A DNA stretch of 64,000 nt from Eledone cirrhosa (taxonomy: Eukaryota): positions 28,644,001 through 28,708,000 of the forward strand of contig OZ024748.1 of NCBI GenBank assembly GCA_964016885.1, in the 5' to 3' direction. The notes under the pieces are model-generated. The model made no database searches. It was given only the letters and a program-made list of their open reading frames with translations, and had not been told where the DNA came from. Position 1 is the stretch's first letter, and each line of letters opens with the position of its first letter. The position numbers and the translations under genes are program-made. Positions 43,310 to 55,529 of the stretch are shown here, in pieces.

Positions 43310-43416
43310 ATGTGTGTGTGTATGTGTGTGTGTGTGTGTGTGTGTAGTAGTAGTAGTAAGGTGTTCGATGCTGCGACAATGGCCAGCAGCGATGTGTGTC
43401 AAATGGCTATTAAGAT

Positions 43417-43529
<113 letters not shown>

Positions 43530-44005
43530 GCAGAGTCATTCGAAGGTCAAAAGATATTTTTCAGCTTTTGTCTTATACGGAGAAGTGCGTGTGTGTGTGT
43601 GTGTGTGTATAAGTCTCTTTGTATGTTGATGTACGCGTGTGTATGTGTTTGTGTATATATATGTGTGTGTGTGTGTGTGTGTGGGTGGACCAGTATTTTT
43701 TGCCCCCTGGTAAAATGGTGTACATTATTCGATTTTTTCAGTAAAATCGGTTCTCTTAATAGAACATCAAAAATCTTAACAATAAAAGGTGCGAAATGAT
43801 ATTCACTATATATATATACACACATACATATATTCACTACATATATATATATATATACATATATACATACATATATATGCACATATATTTTTTTGTATTG
43901 CACCATAGAGCATGTGTGTTTACGTGTGTCATTGTGTTTATATGTGGGTAGAGATGTGTGCTGATGTAGGTATGTATGTTGACGTGTGTATGTTGTGGGT
44001 TCGTC

Positions 44006-45191
44006 TTAGGGAGAAGTGTTTAGATGGGGTCCGTATTTGTTAATGAAGTAAGATTCCTTGCTGATGCGCTGGGTGTGGGTGGAATTATCTTTAAATTTGT
44101 AGAGGGGAAAGATTCTGAAGTTGGGATGATTTTGGGCGGCACAGGTATCAATGTGTTCACTCAGTGGTATTTTCCTGTATTCCCGTATTTTAATTTGGGA
44201 TCTATGGACAGTCATGCGTTGGCGGAGGCTGTTTTGGGTCTGGCCTATGTATTGTTCTCGACAACCTGAACAAGTTAATACATATATTAGATTTTCCGAT
44301 GCACATGTGAAATTGTGTTTTACTATAAAACGTTGTCCATCTTTGAAATAGAATTCCGAACCCTCTATTAGGTTGATGCAAATGCCACAGTTGGGTCTAT
44401 CGCATTTTTTTACTGTGGGTTTCGTTGTTGTGGTTGGCAGTACTTTGGCATGTGTTAAGATGTTTTTCATTGACTTGGATTGTCTTTTGCTCTTTATGAT
44501 ATCGTGTGTTCGTAGAATTTGGTTCATTCTATGGTCCTTTTTCAATACAGGGATGTTCTGGAGGATGGTGTCAAAGGCCTCATTGTTGAGGGGGTTGTGT
44601 GTGGAGATGTATGGAAGAGCTTTTAGTTTTGGTTGATTTACTTTAGGGTGTCTAAGGTCCTGGGTACTGAGTTTTAGGGCACGTTGGATTCCATTGTCAA
44701 TTAGTGATGCAGGGTAGTCCCTGCCTATGAGTGTGTCCTTTAGTTCTTGTAGCCGTAAGTAGCAGATGTTTTTATTGGAGACTATAGTACAGATTCTCTT
44801 GGCTAAGTTGTAGGGAATATTCATTTTAACGTGTCTAGGGTGGCAAGAGTTGAAGGGGAGATATTGCTTGGAGTCTGTGGGCTTGTAGTATATGTCTGTT
44901 TCTATTTTTTTGTTATGGATCTTAATGAGGATGTCGAGGAAGGGGAGTTGTTGATGGCTGTATTCCATCGTGAAGTTAATATTTGTGTTGAGCCCATTTA
45001 TAAGGGTGTGAAATTCTTTAAGTTTTTCGATGTTTTCGTGCCAAAGGATGAAGCAGTCATCTAGATATCGCTTCCAGTTCCTTTCAATGTGTAAGTGGAG
45101 GGTTTTTCCAAATTTGTTTAGGACTTTAGTGTAGAGGGTGATTTCCAGGTATCCCATGACTAGGTTGGCATAAGTAGGGGCTGTTTTCGTT
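44006..45191 (-). pseudogene. Inverted 5'-truncated duplicate of the PLE RT/GIY-YIG ORF
   Basis: protein matches the C-terminal part of the 46576 ORF apart from one K/N change seen. Confidence 0.92.
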
Positions 45192-45211
45192 AAATCAACA
45201 CCAACCTATCT

Positions 45212-46438
45212 TTGCTGGTCGACAAACTTGACTCCACAAATAAGGAAACCGCCACCGGATACAAACCCTCCGAAATCGGCGACAAACTCCAAAACCTTTG
45301 CGATACTATCCAAACTATGTTCACTACTACCAACCCAGGAAAAACCAACGAAGAACCATGTGAGATTGATTCACACAAAATGAAAATTCGAACAATTCCA
45401 AAATGGAACAAATCCCTCAGAGACAGAAAGTTCTCATTCTGGAAGATGATACAAAATCACAACAAAGCAGAGATATATGAAAAATGGCTTAACTCAACCC
45501 CTCTAACTCTCCCCCGTAAACTACAAATAAAGTCCATTCCAAATGAACCCGAACCTCAAAGACACCTTAGGGAAAGAATGGCATTGGAAAAAATGAAGAC
45601 AGAAATTGAACTTCTTAAACTGAGGGCCCAGACAAATGAGGAAAAAATCAAAACCATCGATGAAGAGATCCTCCTGGAAATCAATAACAAAACTGAAGGC
45701 CCCAAGGTAGAGAAGATCTCCAAATTATGGAAAGGGGACTGCAACAGAGAAGAACTGAAATCCCTTCAACGCCGGGGAAAAAGTGCCGCTTGGTTCCTAC
45801 ACTATGAATCGACTTTTCAAACGGATTACACCTCCAATAACCCGTTCATAAAAATAGGAAAACCCATAACTGAACCGCACAACAACTTCTCAAACCCCCA
45901 AGCCTCAAACAAACGAAGAAGGAAGCACCACACCGAAGATGAACTTCCCAACCTCGCTACCATAAGAAGGAACAAAAACCCAAGAAATCATCTCCCCCAG
46001 AATGACATTTACAACTTTCCCCCTTCAAGGAGACACCATACCAAATCACTCAACTACTACGCGGATTCCTCATCGTCAAACATAGGGAAAAGATACCACC
46101 GCCATGATAGATGCAACAACTTCCCCGCTTCAAGGGGACAGCAAGGTAATTACCATTTTCTCAACTCTCACTTCCACAATACACAACAAACCCACACCAC
46201 ACGATACAACCAACAACGTAGGCCACTTATAACACCACAATACAACATGGCACATAGAAACACACACCCATACTCGCAGTACAGGAACACCCCATTCAAT
46301 CTACAACCACCAACCCGAACCACATTTTACAACAACAAGGAATATAACAAACACAGGAGACCACTTAACATCAGCAGACAACCCCTCTACCCCAACCATT
46401 TTTTAGACACAGCACACAGATACAGGCAAACAAAATAA
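45212..46438 (+). CDS. PLE ORF1 (coiled-coil plus basic low-complexity tail), probably 5'-truncated at the inversion junction
   Basis: 408-aa open frame; heptad-like ERMALEKMKTEIELLKLRAQTNEEKIKTID; R/H/N-rich C-terminus. Confidence 0.7.
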   Translation: MLVDKLDSTNKETATGYKPSEIGDKLQNLCDTIQTMFTTTNPGKTNEEPCEIDSHKMKIRTIPKWNKSLRDRKFSFWKMIQNHNKAEIYEKWLNSTPLTLPRKLQIKSIPNEPEPQRHLRERMALEKMKTEIELLKLRAQTNEEKIKTIDEEILLEINNKTEGPKVEKISKLWKGDCNREELKSLQRRGKSAAWFLHYESTFQTDYTSNNPFIKIGKPITEPHNNFSNPQASNKRRRKHHTEDELPNLATIRRNKNPRNHLPQNDIYNFPPSRRHHTKSLNYYADSSSSNIGKRYHRHDRCNNFPASRGQQGNYHFLNSHFHNTQQTHTTRYNQQRRPLITPQYNMAHRNTHPYSQYRNTPFNLQPPTRTTFYNNKEYNKHRRPLNISRQPLYPNHFLDTAHRYRQTK

Positions 46439-48723
46439 CACAAGACAGGGAGGAGAAACCGATAGTAATAAAAATTATCAATCTTATTAGTGCAGAACCA
46501 ACACCCAACCTTATCAACTTACTCTCCAAAGGTCTTAAATTCACACCGACCCCACTACGTCCTAACTACTATGAAATGAAGGAAGACATCACAGACTTCT
46601 GTAGAAAGTTACGACTTAGTGAACAACTATTCGACCAGTACAATGAGGATGAATCATTAGCCAGAAATAGAAGCAATTACACCCCTTCAAAAGGTAGAAA
46701 TAAAATCCTGGACGAATTCTGTGAACACATCACAAACTTCCCTTACCAACACTTGCACAGACAAAAACACAAGCCAAACCTCAACAAGAAAGAATGGGAA
46801 GAATTAAATAGATTAAAAACCGACAGAACCATTACAATTAAAGAGGCTGATAAAGGGAGTACAGTAGTCCTAATGGAGACAGAATTCTATATCAACTTAG
46901 CGCTCTCCACTTTGGAAAACGAAACATACTACGAAAAGGCTGAACACTACAATCAACAGAAAATTATGAGAAACCTAAAAACTCTAATCAACCAATACAA
47001 AGAAGGACTCACTAACAAGGAATTCAGCTTCATCACAGACTTCACAAGTAAATCCAGCCTTTTCTACGGTATCCCTAAAGTACATAAAAGCGAATCAATC
47101 AGTAAGGCATGCAAGGAAGCCACAGACATAGTCATCAATGTCCCCTCACCCAATGATCTCAAATTAAGACCTATAATAGCAGGCCCCGCTTGCGAAACGC
47201 ACCGTCTTAGCAACTTCATTGATACCCTTCTCAAACCCTTCCTCAAGCACATCAAAAGCTATATAAGGGACGACCTAGATATGCTCAATCACCTCCCTAA
47301 TATGCCACTTTCTGAACAAACCCTACTAGTGACGTTCGATGTAGTCAACCTATACTCCAACATCCCCCACAACCTAGGAATAGAAGCTATCCAATTCTGG
47401 CTGGATAATTTCCACAATGAACTCCCACAACGCATCAAAAAAGAATTCGTGATAGAGGAACTCAAATTTATCTTGGAGAACAATTACTTCGTTTTCAATA
47501 ACAAACCCTACACGCAGAAATCTGGGACCGCTATGGGAACGAAAACAGCCCCTACTTATGCCAACCTAGTCATGGGATACCTGGAAATCACCCTCTACAC
47601 TAAAGTCCTAAACAAATTTGGAAACACCCTCCACTTACACATTGAAAGGAACTGGAAGCGATATCTAGATGACTGCTTCATCCTTTGGCACGAAAACATC
47701 GAAAAACTTAAAGAATTTCACACCCTTATAAATGGGCTCAACACAAATATTAACTTCACGATGGAATACAGCCATCAACAACTCCCCTTCCTCGACATCC
47801 TCATTAAGATCCATAACAAAAAAATAGAAACAGACATATACTACAAGCCCACAGACTCCAAGCAATATCTCCCCTTCAACTCTTGCCACCCTAGACACGT
47901 TAAAATGAATATTCCCTACAACTTAGCCAAGAGAATCTGTACTATAGTCTCCAATAAAAACATCTGCTACTTACGGCTACAAGAACTAAAGGACACACTC
48001 ATAGGCAGGGACTACCCTGCATCACTAATTGACAATGGAATCCAACGTGCCCTAAAACTCAGTACCCAGGACCTTAGACACCCTAAAGTAAATCAACCAA
48101 AACTAAAAGCTCTTCCATACATCTCCACACACAACCCCCTCAACAATGAGGCCTTTGACACCATCCTCCAGAACATCCCTGTATTGAAAAAGGACCATAG
48201 AATGAACCAAATTCTACGAACACACGATATCATAAAGAGCAAAAGACAATCCAAGTCAATGAAAAACATCTTAACACATGCCAAAGTACTGCCAACCACA
48301 ACAACGAAACCCACAGTAAAAAAATGCGATAGACCCAACTGTGGCATTTGCATCAACCTAATAGAGGGTTCGGAATTCTATTTCAAAGATGGACAACGTT
48401 TTATAGTAAAACACAATTTCACATGTGCATCGGAAAATCTAATATATGTATTAACTTGTTCAGGTTGTCGAGAACAATACATAGGCCAGACCCAAAACAG
48501 CCTCCGCCAACGCATGACTGTCCATAGATCCCAAATTAAAATACGGGAATACAGGAAAATACCACTGAGTGAACACATTGATACCTGTGCCGCCCAAAAT
48601 CATCCCAACTTCAGAATCTTTCCCCTCTACAAATTTAAAGATAATTCCACCCACACCCAGCGCATCAGCAAGGAATCTTACTTCATTAACAAATACGGAC
48701 CCCATCTAAACACTTCTCCCTAA
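46348..48723 (+). CDS. PLE reverse transcriptase plus GIY-YIG endonuclease (first ATG 46576; frame open from 46348)
   Basis: IINL..LLSKGLKFTPTP, ADKG, YGIPKVHK, RPII, FDVVNLYSNI, GTAMG, RYLDD, FLDI, SCHP, CDRPNCGIC, LIY..CSGC..YIG. Confidence 0.95.
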
Positions 48724-49117
48724 GACGAACCCACAACATACACACGTCAACATACATACCTACATCAGCACACATCTCTACCCACATATAAACACAATGA
48801 CACACGTAAACACACATGCTCTATGGTGCAATACAAAAAAATATATGTGCATATATATGTATGTATATATGTATATATATATATATATGTAGTGAATATA
48901 TGTATGTGTGTATATATATATAGTGAATATCATTTCGCACCTTTTATTGTTAAGATTTTTGATGTTCTATTAAGAGAACCGATTTTACTGAAAAAATCGA
49001 ATAATGTACACCATTTTACCAGGGGGCAAAAAATACTGGTCCACCCACACATACACACACACACACACATATATACACAAACACATACACACGCGTACAT
49101 CAACATACAAAGAGACT

Positions 49118-49180
<63 letters not shown>

Positions 49181-49235
49181 TTCTCCGTATAAGACAAAAG
49201 CTGAAAAATATCTTTTGACCTTCGAATGACTCTGC

Positions 49236-49278
<43 letters not shown>

Positions 49279-49364
49279 ATCTTAATAGCCATTTGACACA
49301 CATCGCTGCTGGCCATTGTCGCAGCATCGAACACCTTACTACTACTACTACTACTACTACTACT

Positions 49365-49403
<39 letters not shown>

Positions 49404-49405
49404 CT

Positions 49406-49438
<33 letters not shown>

Positions 49439-49766
49439 ACACACACACATATTTGTTGTGAAAGAGTCATTTCTCAATCTTGGCGCAAAACCAATTTTTT
49501 ATCCACATGACCTCTACCGACCAATCAAAATTGTTTTGACCAAGAATTTTTGCTGGAGCCACTTTTTTAACATAAAAACAGTCTTGGCGCAAAATCAACT
49601 TTTTACATTCACATGACCTCTACCGACCAATCAAAATTGTTTTGACCACAAGCATTTTTGCAACACAAAAGTAACGCTGGAGCCACTTTTTTAACATAAA
49701 AACAGGTAGAATTCCCAAAACTAATCAGATCAGAGCAAACAGCACGGACACTCTATCTCAAAATTA

Positions 49767-49803
49767 TTTTTGAAAAGCATTTAGAAATGCGCAACCGGTA
49801 AAA
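49767..49803 (+). ncRNA. Variant minimal hammerhead (U3-A8, C13) in PLE 3' UTR; copy 42851-42887 (minus)
   Basis: ttt-TTGAAAA-gcat-ttagaa-atgc-GCAA-ccgg-TA-aaa. Confidence 0.6.
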
Positions 49804-49921
49804 ACTTAAAAACTTAAAACCACAACTGAATACTAACCCATACAATCACTAATACTCTTTTATTCCTAATTAAACCATTTTTCAACTGTGAACAATTTGT
49901 CAGCATTTTCTATTCCGTTTA

Positions 49922-50017
<96 letters not shown>

Positions 50018-50243
50018 TTTGATTCTTTCTTCCTCACTTTTCGTTGCTTCACCATCTTTGTTTGTTTACACTCTCGTGTCCCCTTTATTTACGTGTCCCA
50101 ATGACTTTTTTTAGCCGTTGCTCGCACCAACCGGAGGTATATGGTCTTTAAAGCGATGAAATACCAATGATGGTTGGAAGATCACTGATGAAGGACTAAC
50201 TTTATTCATATGTAACCCATTAGCAATCACGCAGCACGTTTAT

Positions 50244-50275
<32 letters not shown>

Positions 50276-50556
50276 CCTAAACGGACGGTAGTCCGTTTAG
50301 TAATATTGTTGTGGTCGTGTTTTCGTTGGCAATCGTCTGTTTACGACAGTACAGCGCAGCTCTACTTTATTTAACTGAGATAAAACTTATATGAGCATGA
50401 ACAGTAGATCATTACGCATCTTTTGGCTTAAAAATCTAGAAATTTGGTCCAGCGGGAAAAAGTTTATAATCAAAGTTTGCTGATAAATGTTGTGTTCAAG
50501 TGAGTGAGTAGTAAGCGTGACGCTAGGGGAGGTAATCCAGAAATGACGACGTTTGG

Positions 50557-51066
50557 AATATGTATATTTGTGTACGTCGCCATATATGTATGTATGTGTG
50601 TATATGTATATTTGTGTATGTCGCAATATATGTATGTATGTGTGTATATGTATATTTGTGTACGTCGCCATATATGTATGTATGTGTGTATATGTATATT
50701 TGTGTACGTCACCATATATGTATGTATGTGTGTGTATGTATATTTGTGTACGTCGCCATATATGTATGTATGTGTATATGTATATTTGTGTACGTCGCCA
50801 TATATGTTTGTATGTATGTGTGTATATGTATATTTGTGTACATCGCCATATATGTATGTATGTATGTATGTGTATATGTATATTTGTGTACGTCGCCATA
50901 TATGCAGTATGTATGTGTGTATATGTATATTTGTTTATGTCGCGATATATGTATGTATGTATGTGTGTATGTGTGTATATGTATATTTGTGTATGTCGCC
51001 ATATATGTGTGTATGTATGTGTATATGTATATTTGTGTACGTCGCCATATATGTATGTATGTGTGT
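50557..51066. repeat. Minisatellite ~42-50 bp x ~11 upstream of the Helitron ORFs
   Basis: unit atatgtatatttgtgtacgtcgccatatatgtatgtatgtgtgt. Confidence 0.9.
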
Positions 51067-53456
51067 ATCGGGCTCACATACATTCTCTGTGCGTGATTTG
51101 GCTCAGCTCAGCCAATCAGCGCCAGTAGAAGAGGATGTATCCCTACGCGTTCGGAGGGAGAAATAGCCCGCAAAGATTTGAGGACGCTATCACTTCCAGG
51201 CTAGACCGTGTTAAGGTAAACAACACTTGTTCTTTTGCTCCGTAAGCACAAACAATATGTAACGACAAAACATTACCTACGAGCCTGACCAAACGCCTTC
51301 AGCCAGCCGCCCGTATTTTCTCTTGTAATCTTAATTGAATTATTTCATTATTCTTGGCATGCCAGCTTAATTCACTTCTTAACCTTTATTAATAAATAAT
51401 GTAAAAACAAGCTAAAATTCGTTGTCGATATTCCTATCGTATCTTTCTACCAAACCTGGTTCCTCGTGGCAACAACACAACAATTCTCTAAATATTCTTC
51501 TCCGCTAAATTCGAATTTATACTTAAACCAAATTGGTGACAATATATCTACACCAAATGTGTGACCCTCGACGATTAAGTATGAACACGCAGCCTATTTG
51601 AATTCGCCAGTCGTTTTAACGGAAATGTGGAGTGGCTTAACATTTGGAATATTCGAATCGGGTTTCTAGACTCGCTTAGCGTAAGTCCATAAAATTCATA
51701 ATATTCCATTTGTTGAAGCACGCGACCTACACAATATTTCTGTTATAACTTTCATGGTAACACAAGTAACTCACGCATACAGACGAACACAAAAATACTA
51801 CACAAAAGAAAGAGTTTTTTCGACGTCTAACAAAAAATTTCTCTTTTGGATTGAAAATTATTATTGCGAGCATAGTTTGATAAAAACAAAAAACAAAAAG
51901 AATTTAAAAAAAAAAAAAAAGAAATTCTCTGGATATAGAATTTTGCTCGGCTTATTCAGTTTTTCCATGGCACAGAAATGGAGTATTTCCATTTCGAATC
52001 AATACCTTTCACTAAAATCGGGCAATTGGACTGATCAAATTCACATTCATGCCAGTTTTTACAAATCGGAGGTGAGCAAAGTGAGACAGGTGCACAAAAA
52101 GAGTGGGGTGAGCAAAGTGACCAGGAAGATTTTGATGGCAGAAAATGTACAGAACTTCTGACTTTGGCTAGATTGTGCAACTTTGGTCCCCCATCAAATT
52201 GCCCAGATCCCACTGCACGTCTAAAGCTAGCTAAACGAATGCACAAGGCCATACATGAACTTTCACCTGATTTGACTGTGTCCCAAATTCGGACAAAAAT
52301 GGAAATCTTTGAGCAGTGTAAAGGATTCCATAGGGACAACATCTATTGCATAGGACAGTCTGACTGCACAAATGGACTTGAACTGATTCGAAGTATGGCT
52401 CCTCACTCTCCTCGCATCCGTACAATTCTGACTCCTATGACATTTCAATCTTGGAAGGAAATTGGTCAATGTTTGATGATCTAGTAAATCCCCAAAACAT
52501 GTCCAACAATCTGCTAAGCCGTTTGAATGAAATAGTGGAAAATGAAAATGAGAGCTTGCATTCAGAATCCTCAATCATGGCCAATTTTGCATCCATTATC
52601 AAACATTTTAATAAAGAGATTCAAAAAATGAAAATCAACTCCTGTGACATTTGCAAACAACGAGAATTAGATGCTAAACTCAAAGTCTGGGAGGATTGGA
52701 GCCCTTTGACAAATCCCTATCTCCTGGAAACCATTCAACAAAACTACTCTCTACCATGTACGATTTGCTCTACATGTAGAAATAGTCTTGTCAAAAAGTC
52801 GATACCATCATTGGCTTCAATCAATGGCCTAGAAGTGGTCAAAATTCCAAATATGTTGTCAAAGTTGAACATGTATGAGCAGATTTTGATCCAAATGGCC
52901 AATTGCTTCATCAATGTCATTAAATTGTCACCCTATCGTTTCAAAGGTGCACCATCACATCTAGTGGCTGCTATTAAAGGAATAGCAACTCACATGCCAC
53001 TACCAGTAGAAAACACAATCAATCATGTAATGAAAAAACTCCCATCGAATCAAAATGATGCATTTGAAATAATTGTTGATAGTGTTCCAACTAAAAAGGG
53101 CACAATTTGGCGATCGCTAGTGAATATGCAAAATGTCTTTGATGCCTTGGAGTGGCTGAAAAACAACAATGACATTTACAATGACATTTTGATAGACAGA
53201 ACCACAAATTTAGAGGACATTGTTACATGCACTGGTGAAAATGTTTCCATCAATTTTCCACACATTCTCACACAAACTGGTGCTGAAACAGTCTATGAAC
53301 ACCATACTGTACAGCAAATCAAGCCTGCACTCCCAAATCAAAAGGACCTTGAACTGTTTCGCATGAAACGAGTTGAAGGTACTATTCTTCCGGACAATGA
53401 TCCAAACCTGGATCTGATGTGCTTCCCCCCACTTATTCCCTAAAGGAAAATTTGGA

Positions 53457-55337
53457 ATGATGCACATGAACAGACCCCATGGTAGAGTAAAGCCCTATAT
53501 GTTCATCAGAAACAGACTCAGACATGAGGACCCCCGGTTTCGTAGAGACAGTCAGTACATTCTCTCCAATTTGGACAAGGCTGACAAAAGAGCACTAGAT
53601 TCTGGCATTTATGCCGTAATGAAATCACTCAAAAGTCCAAAATTGACACTTGCTCAATTTTATAAAAGATTGGAAGACAATGATGAACAATTGGAAAGTG
53701 GTTTGTCAATGATGATGGCGAATGTTCCTGGAACAAAGCCATTTTGGGAACGCAAGTGCTCCGACTTGAATGCCATAGATGAGAAATTCGGTCCTGCCCA
53801 TTTGTTTATCACTCTTTCATGTGCTGAATACTTTTGGCCAGGCTTGAGGGAATTTTTGGAAAAACTCAATGAAGACATTGCAAATGTTGAAACAAGGCCG
53901 ATAGGGAATCTCTGTGCAAATGATGTTGTGGCTGTCAGTGAGTACTTTCACCATCGTTTTAGTGCTGTTTTTCATGATGTAATTTTAAATAAAAAAGGCC
54001 CATTTGGGGAAATTATTCATTACTTTTGGCGACTCGAGTATCAACAACGTGGTGCTCCTCACATTCACCTTAAAGCCTGGGTTCGGGACAGTGTAATTTT
54101 TGACAAAGATCCTAAAGAAAAAAACAAGCAATTTATTGAACGCTGCATTACTTGCCGGCTACCATCCCCTGTGGCCAGCCCAAACTTGGCAAATCTCGTT
54201 AGACGGTTCCTAGTCCATACTTGTGGCAAAGCATGCTGGAGAATAGTGAGGAGAGGGAAAAATGTTCGTAAAAAATGCCGTTTTGGTTTTGCACGTGCAG
54301 TGGGGCCATTTCGGTTTTTCTCAGTTTCTGAAAGTATCAAATCACGAAAAAATGGTAATGGGACAAAACAACTGTACCAATTGGAAAGAAAAGAATCAGA
54401 AAAGTACATAAATGACTACAATCCATGTTTACTTCTAGCCTGGCAAGCAAATATAGATGTGCAATACATTGGTGAGAATAGTATGATTTTGAATAGATAT
54501 GTCACCTGCTATCAGACTAAGGCTGAAAAAAATGAGACTGAGGGAGTGTGGGCGAATCTGGATCATTCCAAAACAAAATATGGGAAATACAAAAGTGCTG
54601 GACTGCAATTGCTTGGGAAAAGGGATACAGGAGGGTATGAAGCTGCTGACAAACTTTTGGGGCATCATTTTTACGGGTCATCAGATCATGTTATTTGGGT
54701 AGGTGCAGACATTCCCAGTAGGCGCGGCCGCAGATTGAAATCTCAAAATGATCTCGATGAACTGAGTGAACACTCAATGGACTTGTTCTACGAGAACATG
54801 GTGGAAACTTTTTACAAAAACCGGCCAAAATTCCTGAAAGATTCCTCCTTATATGAAGTTGCCAGCAAATATGAGAGGACACAAAAAAAACCTGTTGACA
54901 AAGATGTGGCTACAAAAATGAAATTGCTCAATGACAAGGGGTATTTTCATAGTGTAAAAGAGCGGGTAGTTAAAGCACCGAATATACAGCTCAAAAATGA
55001 CACAAAAGAACGTTATTACCACAATCTTCTAATGCTGTTCAAACCCTGGCGCGATGAGGACAAAGATTTATTGGGGGGCTGCAAAACATTTGAAGAGTCC
55101 TTTCATCTGTGTGCAAACAATTTGCCTGATATGGTGAATTTTCAAAATGTGAGGAAAAAAATCACTGATGCAGTTGAGATGGGGAAGAGGTTGGAGAAGG
55201 AGGGTGAAAAGGAGGGAGAGGTCGGAGAAGGACGGAGAGAAGAGGGGGAGAAGGAGGCAAGAGATGAGGCTGGTATTGATGTTCCCCAAATTCGAGATGT
55301 AGATGAAACTGCTCTACAGACAAAAGAAACAGCTTAA
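53457..55337 (+). CDS. Helitron Rep (HUH endonuclease) segment
   Basis: Rep motifs 1-3 present. Confidence 0.88.
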   Translation: MMHMNRPHGRVKPYMFIRNRLRHEDPRFRRDSQYILSNLDKADKRALDSGIYAVMKSLKSPKLTLAQFYKRLEDNDEQLESGLSMMMANVPGTKPFWERKCSDLNAIDEKFGPAHLFITLSCAEYFWPGLREFLEKLNEDIANVETRPIGNLCANDVVAVSEYFHHRFSAVFHDVILNKKGPFGEIIHYFWRLEYQQRGAPHIHLKAWVRDSVIFDKDPKEKNKQFIERCITCRLPSPVASPNLANLVRRFLVHTCGKACWRIVRRGKNVRKKCRFGFARAVGPFRFFSVSESIKSRKNGNGTKQLYQLERKESEKYINDYNPCLLLAWQANIDVQYIGENSMILNRYVTCYQTKAEKNETEGVWANLDHSKTKYGKYKSAGLQLLGKRDTGGYEAADKLLGHHFYGSSDHVIWVGADIPSRRGRRLKSQNDLDELSEHSMDLFYENMVETFYKNRPKFLKDSSLYEVASKYERTQKKPVDKDVATKMKLLNDKGYFHSVKERVVKAPNIQLKNDTKERYYHNLLMLFKPWRDEDKDLLGGCKTFEESFHLCANNLPDMVNFQNVRKKITDAVEMGKRLEKEGEKEGEVGEGRREEGEKEARDEAGIDVPQIRDVDETALQTKETA

Positions 55338-55529
55338 TACAGATCAAATATCCATATACAATCTAATTGTATCAGCAATTGAAAAACAGGAATTGCATTG
55401 GAATTCGGAAAAACCACTACCAAGGTGCAGATGTGATGATTGCCCACAATTTCTCAAATTTGTCTCTGGTGTAGGAGGTACAGGGAAAAGTTTTCTCATT
55501 GATATAATTTCTGACAAAGTTACTCAAAT

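Noticed and set aside
50557-51066. Repeat-spacer-like array next to a nuclease/helicase gene
   Set aside because: Inter-repeat parts are variable (TATG)n microsatellite, not unique spacers; ordinary minisatellite.
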